14,262 nucleotides of DNA, from the NCBI GenBank assembly GCA_043228905.1, contig JBHGNT010000884.1, positions 1 to 14,262 of the forward strand. Direction: 5' to 3'. The DNA comes from Azolla caroliniana (Eukaryota > Plantae > Polypodiophyta). A model generated the notes under the pieces. The model did not search any database and was not told where the DNA came from. It was given only the letters and a program-made list of their open reading frames with translations. Made by a program: the position numbers and the translations under genes. Positions 1-6,733 of this stretch are shown here, piece by piece (position 1 is the first letter of the stretch; every line of letters begins with the position of its first letter).

Positions 1-354
1 AAGGCAAATGGGAAAGCAAGGTCGGATCGGATAAATATAGAAATAGGAATAGAATTATTAGGAGGGACGGATCCGGTAGTTGTAACCGATCCGGATCCGA
101 ACCGATTCGGTTTCGGTTAACGGTTGCCTATCGAGCACCGATTGTAATCTGGCCGGATGCCTATAAAAGGATCCGATGTTTTGTAATGAAGGGCGAAGAA
201 TTAATATAGTTTTGCTTATGCTGATTAATCTTGTCTTCGTCTGTGCTTAAGTGTAATTATCATACGCGTGTATTAACATCCTATCCCTACCACCCCTTTG
301 GAGAAGTGTCGGATAGACACCTGTGTTGCGGCTAGTCCAGCCATACATACAACA
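1..354 (+). repeat. 5' LTR of the gypsy element (5' end outside the window)
   Basis: Matches 9698-10051 with no mismatch seen by eye; ends in CAACA; followed by a TGG-starting PBS. Confidence 0.95.
162..168 (+). promoter_or_regulatory. Candidate LTR TATA box (copy at 9859-9865)
   Basis: CCTATAAAAGG in mid-LTR. Confidence 0.7.
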
Positions 355-360
355 CTATTT

Positions 361-372
361 TGGCGACCACGA
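361..372 (+). other. Primer-binding site, probably tRNA-Arg(UCG)
   Basis: TGGCGACCACGA after a 6-nt spacer (CTATTT) from the LTR end; complementary to the ...GUGGUCG-CCA 3' end of eukaryotic tRNA-Arg(UCG) as recalled. Confidence 0.8.
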
Positions 373-406
373 TTCCTGCAGAGTGCAGAGGACAACCGGG
401 GGATGG

Positions 407-3400
407 ATGTCTAGACAAAATAACGACCACATCACCGAAAGAGGGAGACGCCACGCCGAACGGCAGCGACGACGGGAAGCCCTGCAGCAAGCCGTCGACG
501 AGATCCGGCGCGATCGGTCATTCTCAAAAACGCTTCGGCAAATCGCAGAAGACGCACTGCAGTTCCAGGTTCTACAAGCTTCCGACGAAGGCAGTAGCAT
601 AACCAGCCTCCAAGAAGCGGAGACACTACTACAGACTCTCGCTGGCGGCGACGGGGACGCAGCGGCATTTGCAACATTAGAGGCGGATTCGGATAGCGGG
701 GAAAGCGTGGGATCCCGCTATAAAAGCAGCCACGAGAACAACCCCTTTGAGTCGGATCGCTCAGCAACGTCGGAGCCAGAGGAGGAAATAACTCTGGAGT
801 TCGGTGACCGGCAATCGCCGAGGAGGGAGGAGCGGATACCAACACCACCCGCGGAGGAACCGCAGGAGCGGTTATCAACACCACCCGCGGAGGAACCGCA
901 GGAGCGGAGACCGACATCGGAGGAACCAGCGCAGGAGAATCAGTGGGACGACACGATGCCGTATCCATACCCAAAGTATCGGGATGAGCCCGACGGAGAG
1001 GCACATGTGTATGCATTCCTGCGAACATGGGAAGCCAACCACGTGTCCCAGAGACTGACGGAGCCCGAGGCCGACCGATCCAAAGTCGCCGAATTCGGCA
1101 TGACATTAGAAGGACCGGCGGCCCGGTGGCACGACAAGCACTTACCAGGCAGCTTCGCCACGTTCGAGGCATTGAAAACCCAGTTTTTACGCTTGTTTCA
1201 TAGACGAGTGGAACAAAGGGAATTGGTCGGACAATTCTACACCACTCGGCAGGGAGAAAACGAGACGGTCCCACAATTTATCATTCGTTTCCAGACCTTG
1301 CACAGTCAATTAGCAAGAGCACCACCCGAAGAGGAGGCCAAGGCAGTCTTTTTGGCTGCGTTAAAAGACCCACTTCGAGCGATGTGTGGAATCCTCGATT
1401 TCAGCACCAGCACAATGGACCAAGTCATTGATCGGGTCCTGGAAATGGACAACACGAGCTCCTTCTTGCCGATGGGGGCGTTACACCAGGCTCTTCCGAA
1501 GGAGGAGGACCTCCGGTTCCGACAAGCCCTACAATGCACAACATGCCTAAATTCGGGGCACTCGACCGTCGACTGCACCCTGCGTGCACAGTGCATGATA
1601 TGCAATTCTCGCGCCCACACAACGAACCAATGCGAGTATAACCTGTTAACTCGACAAGCGGCACCGGTCCGACACATAGAACCGCGCAATCGGGACCCGG
1701 AAGAGGATCGATTCCGGAGGGACGACCGCTACCGACGAGAACGCGGCGACAGATACCCCGATAGAAGACGCGACAGCTATGACCGAGAGGAGAACCGAAG
1801 GGATAGCTACCCCCGGGACCGGTACGACCGAGACGAATCCCCGGAATACGAGCGACGCAGGGAAGAAAGGCGGCCAGGGAACCGGAATTTCCGACGGAAC
1901 CAAAGGCGTGGATTCTTCCGTAGAGAGGAGCGTCGGGAAGCAACAAGGAATGACAAACCAGTAGCGGCACCGGAGAACCGAAAAACCGAGGACAACCGCC
2001 GGGGAATGCCCTTCCCCCAAACATGGGAAAAAGGAGAATCCAGCAACACGCACAGGGTGTACTGTTATTACTGCCGAAAAGAAGGGCATTACAGTAATCA
2101 ATGCCCAAGCAAAACAGCCGACAAGCAGCCAGCAGTCAACATGGTAACAGCCGAAGTACAGCAGGTTACCACGCGGTCGAAAGGGAAGGCCGCCGAATGG
2201 GAAGCCCAGGAAGCAATCAGAAAACAAGCGGCACAATGGATCAAAGAAGCCAACGAACAAGGTGCGGCGGAAGTAAGAAACCAAAATATGCCAAGGGAGG
2301 AGGAAATCGTACAGCCAGGAGAAAACCCGACATGGCAAGCACTACAAGATTGTCAGATCGTGCTGCCGTTGGCACGGTTACTACAGTTGGTGCCGCGGTT
2401 TACAGCAGACTTACAAGCCGCCGTGAGCAAACCGACGCCGACGCCGGCACCGGCATTTTTCTCCAACCCGGAGGAAGGCCCAGCGGTGGTTGATACCAGT
2501 AGCCCAGCAATCACGACAATCGTCAAAGGAAAGGAGATTCCAGGAACAATTATTGACGGAGGCTCCGGGGTGAACGTCATTAGTCGACAGACATGCGACG
2601 ACCTAGGCATCCAGGAGTGGGAACCATGCCCCTTCTGGTTACGCATGGCGGATACAAGCTCAGTCCGACCAACGGGTCTTATCCGGGACTTGGAAGTAAC
2701 AATAGGAGGCCACGTATTCCGAATATCGGCCGTGGTACTAGAGCTGAATATACAAGGCGCATATCCCCTACTGTTAGGACGACCATGGCTGCGAACGGCG
2801 CATATCAAGCAAAACTGGCAAAAGAATATGATCACGTTCCGACGAGGGAAAACAAAGGTACGGGTAGCCACGCAACCACGGGTGCTCACTAGCAAGGAGG
2901 CAACCCCTTTATATGCCGAAAGCATCAACATGTTGGAGGGCTTACCGGATGAGGAAGTTGATCGGTACCTCGAGGAACACCCACAGATCGTCCCACTTTT
3001 TGAGGTGGATATCACGGCAACAGTAGAGCCGTACATCACAATGCCGGACGAGCCGGACAAAGTGGCGATCCGGGAACTACGCCAAGCACAGGAAGCCCTA
3101 GAAAGAGAAATGACGATATCCCAAAGGGTGAAAGCATCCCAGCTGGAAGAGGTGGACCTCGGCACAACAGAACAACCCCGACCGGTAAAAGTCGCGAAGG
3201 AATTGCCGAAGGAGGAAAAACAGGCAATGGTAGCACTGTTAACGGCTTTCAAGGACGTGTTCGCATGGTCATACGAAGACATGCGAGGGTTGGACCCCCA
3301 GCTCTACCAGCACCAAATTCATCTAAGTACTGACGCGAAACCCATCGCTCAACGTCGGTACCGGATGAATCCAAACTATGCGGCAAAGGTGAAGGAGGAA

Positions 3401-6106
3401 ATTGACAAGCTTCTCCGGGTCGGATTTATCCGACCAGTCAAGCAGGCAACCTGGCTAAGCCCGATAGTGGTGGTCCCGAAAAAGAACGGCAAAATCCGGG
3501 TATGTGTGGACTACAGGAAACTAAATGTCGCGACAGTGACCGACGCTTTTCCACTACCATTCACGGACGGAGTGCTAGATGCGGTGGCCGGCCACGAAGT
3601 TTACAGCTTCCTGGATGGATTCAGCGGCTACAACCAAATCCGAATGAACCCGGCCGACCAAGAGAAAACAGCGTTCGTGACGGAATGGGGAGTGTTCGTA
3701 GCGGTCGTGATGATGTTCGGATTAAAGACAGCCCCTGCAACATTTCAAAGGATAATTATGGAAATCTTCGGTGATTTTATTCCCGGTTTTATGCAGGTCT
3801 TCCTAGACGATTTTGCTGTCTACAGCCGACACGGAGAGCATCTCGATCACCTACGATTATGCTTAGAAAAGTGCCGCGAGTACCGATTAAGTCTGAACCC
3901 GGCTAAGTGCGTCTTTGGAGTCGCAAGCGGCAACTTGTTAGGCCACGTGGTGAGTCGGGAAGGAATCGCGGTAGATCCGGATAAGGTAAAAGCAATTCTC
4001 GACGCACCGGCACCGAATAGCGCAAAGGCTTTAAGCCGATTCCTTGGGCAAATAAGGTGGCATAGTCGGATGATAAGGCACCTTGCCGACTTTGCTACAC
4101 CATTGCACGCTGCTGTACATAGAGTACCTTTCCAATGGACAGAAACGGAGGAGAAAGCCTACCAAGCGTTGAAGGTAATGCTGTCACAAGCTCCGGTGGT
4201 GCAGCCGCCGGACTGGAGTAAAAGCTTTCACGTCTTCGTCGACGCGTCGGACGTAGCAATCGGCAGTGTTTTGATGCAACTCACGGAACCGAAATGGTAT
4301 CGGCCGGTGTACTACGCAAGCAGGAAACTCTCGAAAGCCGAACGGAACTACTCTACAACGGAACGAGAGGCATTAGGAATGGTGTACAGCGTCACAAAGT
4401 ACAGGCACTATCTGCTCGGACGAAAGTTCTCCTTCCACGTTGACCACTCGGCACTACTCTACCTGGTCTCAAAGGCAGCCCTGACAGGAAAACTCGCACG
4501 GTGGACGCTGCTATTACAGGAATTCGAATTCGACATTTTCCACCGACCCGGGGTGCAGCATGCGGTAGCAGACTACCTGAGCAGACTAGAATCCGGAGAA
4601 TCAGGGGACGGCGTACAGGACGAATTTCCTGACGCCGAGCTATTTAAGGTCACGACGGCACCGGCAACGGAGACCACAGTAGCGGACGAAGACAAATGGT
4701 TAACCGAAATGCATCAGTTCCTGAGCACCGGAGTTCCCCCGGAAAACCTGGACCGAGACGAACGGAAAAGGATGGCAGTACGGAGCAGACATTTCTGCTT
4801 GGTAGGAGACACCCTCTATCATAAGGGGGCAGATGGCGTATGGAGGCGAGCAGTGCGGAGCGATGAAAAGGATCTGATCCTGAGGGAAGCCCACTGTGGA
4901 ATTGCAGGCGGGCATTATGCCGGCGAAACAACAGCCCGGAAGATATGGCAGAGCGGACTATGGTGGCCGACTACCATGAGAGATGCCGTTAAGTATAGCA
5001 GGGAATGCGACCTGTGTCAACGACTGGGCCAACCCACGGAGCAGGCCCGGATGCCACATCACCCGGTCTTGCCATTAGAACCATTCCAAAAGTGGGGCTT
5101 GGACTTTGTCGGCCCCTTTAAGCCACCGGCAATGCGGACCGGAAATCGGTATATAATAGTGGCTACCGACTACTGCACCAAATGGGTAGAAGCAAAGGCA
5201 CTACGGGACAACACGGCGGCGTCCACGGCCAAATTTTTATATGAATGCATATGGTGTCGGTACGGATGCCCGATTGAGCTGATCAGTGACCAGGGAGGAC
5301 ATTTCCTCGGGCAGGTGGTGGAAAGTTTGACATCATTCTATGCGGTAGTACACAAACGAAGCACTCCCTACTACCCTCAAGCCAACGGATTAGCGGAATC
5401 AACAAACAAAACGCTACAGAACATCCTTAGAAAAATCGTCAATGAGAACCGGACCGACTGGGACACGAAGTTGCAGAGCGTGCTGTGGGCGTACCGAACG
5501 GCGTACAAGACTAGCATCCGGACGACCCCGTTCCGACTGGCATTCGGCTTGGAAGCAGTCATGCCAGTAGAATTCCAAATTCCTAGCTTAAGAATACAGG
5601 TTAAGGAGCGGTTAAGCGAGAAGGAATCGGAACGAATCCGGCTGAAGATGCTGTTAGAACTGGAAGAAAATCGAATAGCCAGCCTGCTACAGCTAGAACT
5701 AGAGCAAAGGAGGAGGAAAGCCTTTGTAGACCGACACCGCCGCGGTAACGAAAAGGAATTCGAGGTCGGGAAACCTGTATTACTGTTCCAGACAAGGATG
5801 GGGAGCATGCCAGGGAAATTGCGATTTCGGTGGACCGGACCATTCTGGATCACAAAGGAGTACAATGGGTCTTACCAGCTCGGGACGTTGTCAGGAGAAG
5901 TTGTGGGCAAATGGGCAAATGGTTTTCGCCTAAAACCGTATAAGGGGCACATGCCAGCTAACCCCTTCAAGCAAGAACCGGACATCCTGAATGGCGAGGA
6001 ACCGACACAGATACGGAGGACCGAGGAGCCGACACCGACGCGTAACAACGAGGAACCGACAACAGTGCGCACCGACCCGAACACATCGGGGGGAACCGAA
6101 CAATGA
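407..6106 (+). CDS. gag-pol: Gag-Pol polyprotein (1899 aa from the first in-frame ATG): Gag, 3 CCHC knuckles, aspartic protease, RT, RNase H, integrase
   Basis: Uninterrupted ORF. CX2CX4HX4C at 1535-1576, 1592-1633 and 2063-2104; protease IDGGS (D at 2555); RT CVDYRKLN, FLDGFSGYNQI, MFGLKTAPATFQ and FLDD (3800-3811); RNase H VDAS..TERE..DH..ADYLSR; integrase H-X6-H..CDLC, GLDF, SDQG, NGLAE and GPF. Confidence 0.97.
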   Translation: MSRQNNDHITERGRRHAERQRRREALQQAVDEIRRDRSFSKTLRQIAEDALQFQVLQASDEGSSITSLQEAETLLQTLAGGDGDAAAFATLEADSDSGESVGSRYKSSHENNPFESDRSATSEPEEEITLEFGDRQSPRREERIPTPPAEEPQERLSTPPAEEPQERRPTSEEPAQENQWDDTMPYPYPKYRDEPDGEAHVYAFLRTWEANHVSQRLTEPEADRSKVAEFGMTLEGPAARWHDKHLPGSFATFEALKTQFLRLFHRRVEQRELVGQFYTTRQGENETVPQFIIRFQTLHSQLARAPPEEEAKAVFLAALKDPLRAMCGILDFSTSTMDQVIDRVLEMDNTSSFLPMGALHQALPKEEDLRFRQALQCTTCLNSGHSTVDCTLRAQCMICNSRAHTTNQCEYNLLTRQAAPVRHIEPRNRDPEEDRFRRDDRYRRERGDRYPDRRRDSYDREENRRDSYPRDRYDRDESPEYERRREERRPGNRNFRRNQRRGFFRREERREATRNDKPVAAPENRKTEDNRRGMPFPQTWEKGESSNTHRVYCYYCRKEGHYSNQCPSKTADKQPAVNMVTAEVQQVTTRSKGKAAEWEAQEAIRKQAAQWIKEANEQGAAEVRNQNMPREEEIVQPGENPTWQALQDCQIVLPLARLLQLVPRFTADLQAAVSKPTPTPAPAFFSNPEEGPAVVDTSSPAITTIVKGKEIPGTIIDGGSGVNVISRQTCDDLGIQEWEPCPFWLRMADTSSVRPTGLIRDLEVTIGGHVFRISAVVLELNIQGAYPLLLGRPWLRTAHIKQNWQKNMITFRRGKTKVRVATQPRVLTSKEATPLYAESINMLEGLPDEEVDRYLEEHPQIVPLFEVDITATVEPYITMPDEPDKVAIRELRQAQEALEREMTISQRVKASQLEEVDLGTTEQPRPVKVAKELPKEEKQAMVALLTAFKDVFAWSYEDMRGLDPQLYQHQIHLSTDAKPIAQRRYRMNPNYAAKVKEEIDKLLRVGFIRPVKQATWLSPIVVVPKKNGKIRVCVDYRKLNVATVTDAFPLPFTDGVLDAVAGHEVYSFLDGFSGYNQIRMNPADQEKTAFVTEWGVFVAVVMMFGLKTAPATFQRIIMEIFGDFIPGFMQVFLDDFAVYSRHGEHLDHLRLCLEKCREYRLSLNPAKCVFGVASGNLLGHVVSREGIAVDPDKVKAILDAPAPNSAKALSRFLGQIRWHSRMIRHLADFATPLHAAVHRVPFQWTETEEKAYQALKVMLSQAPVVQPPDWSKSFHVFVDASDVAIGSVLMQLTEPKWYRPVYYASRKLSKAERNYSTTEREALGMVYSVTKYRHYLLGRKFSFHVDHSALLYLVSKAALTGKLARWTLLLQEFEFDIFHRPGVQHAVADYLSRLESGESGDGVQDEFPDAELFKVTTAPATETTVADEDKWLTEMHQFLSTGVPPENLDRDERKRMAVRSRHFCLVGDTLYHKGADGVWRRAVRSDEKDLILREAHCGIAGGHYAGETTARKIWQSGLWWPTTMRDAVKYSRECDLCQRLGQPTEQARMPHHPVLPLEPFQKWGLDFVGPFKPPAMRTGNRYIIVATDYCTKWVEAKALRDNTAASTAKFLYECIWCRYGCPIELISDQGGHFLGQVVESLTSFYAVVHKRSTPYYPQANGLAESTNKTLQNILRKIVNENRTDWDTKLQSVLWAYRTAYKTSIRTTPFRLAFGLEAVMPVEFQIPSLRIQVKERLSEKESERIRLKMLLELEENRIASLLQLELEQRRRKAFVDRHRRGNEKEFEVGKPVLLFQTRMGSMPGKLRFRWTGPFWITKEYNGSYQLGTLSGEVVGKWANGFRLKPYKGHMPANPFKQEPDILNGEEPTQIRRTEEPTPTRNNEEPTTVRTDPNTSGGTEQ
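829..907 (+). repeat. 36-bp in-frame tandem duplication in the Gag N-terminus (TPPAEEPQER x2)
   Basis: CAACACCACCCGCGGAGGAACCGCAGGAGCGG at 840-871 and 876-907. Confidence 0.9.
5996..6076 (+). repeat. 3 x 27-bp degenerate repeat in the integrase C-terminal tail (EEPTxxRxx)
   Basis: GAGGA(A/G)CCGACA at 5996, 6023 and 6050. Confidence 0.8.
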
Positions 6107-6123
6107 TGCGGCATATGTTTAAA

Positions 6124-6150
6124 AATAAAATTAAAAAAAAAAAAAAAAAA
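6124..6150 (+). other. AATAAA plus A18 tract just after the gag-pol stop
   Basis: AATAAA 6124-6129; A run 6133-6150. Function is inferred. Confidence 0.6.
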
Positions 6151-6392
6151 GAATGACGTGGAGCTACGGGTAGAAAAGTCAAGACAAGAAGATCAAGAAA
6201 ATCATGGTAATGATGAAGGAAGTAGTTACAACCGTCACACGGGTGCACGAGCTATTTAAAGCACAGAACGTGGGGGCGCCGATGTACAGGATTTAAAACG
6301 CGCGTCAATTAAGGAGTCATAATGACAGACACGTAGGAGATTCGACACACGCGGCAAAGAAGCACAAGCATGACACGCGGCAGCAAAGGACA

Positions 6393-6491
6393 GACATACT
6401 ATTCATGACACAGCATGCGCAGGCGCCAAAAATAGGACATGCTATTCATGACACAGCATGCGCAGGCGCCAAAAATAGGACATGCTATTCA
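6393..6491 (+). repeat. 43-bp tandem repeat (~2.3 copies) in the inter-ORF region
   Basis: CTATTCATGACACAGCATGCGCAGGCGCCAAAAATAGGACATG at 6399 and 6442; partial copy at 6485. Confidence 0.92.
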
Positions 6492-6590
6492 AGGCAGAAC
6501 ACGTGCAGCCGTCAAAATTAAAGAGTGACATGCTAATTATGGCAGGGGACGCGCGAAAAACAGGAAAAGGCGGCTCGAGGGAAACGCCAC

Positions 6591-6598
6591 TATATAAA
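6591..6598 (+). promoter_or_regulatory. Candidate internal TATA box for ORF2
   Basis: CTATATAAAGG, followed 20-45 nt later by a pyrimidine-rich patch and then a strong-context ATG at 6734; G-box CACGTG at 6500-6505. Confidence 0.6.
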
Positions 6599-6733
6599 GG
6601 AAGAACCGGGGAAGGGTTCACTTTTTACGAATTTTCCCACAAGCAAACGCAGGCTCAAGACAGCAAGATCCGACGCGCAGAACACCTACACCCCGACCTC
6701 AGACCACAGGCAGCAGCAGACGAAGAAGAAGCG

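Noticed and set aside
323-406. ORF-track N-terminal extension of gag-pol from GTG 323
   Set aside because: It starts at a non-ATG codon inside the LTR and crosses the PBS; ATG 407 is the first plausible eukaryotic start.
6482-6733. ORF2 start at ATG 6482
   Set aside because: It lies within the 43-bp non-coding repeat and upstream of the candidate TATA box. Not fully excluded.
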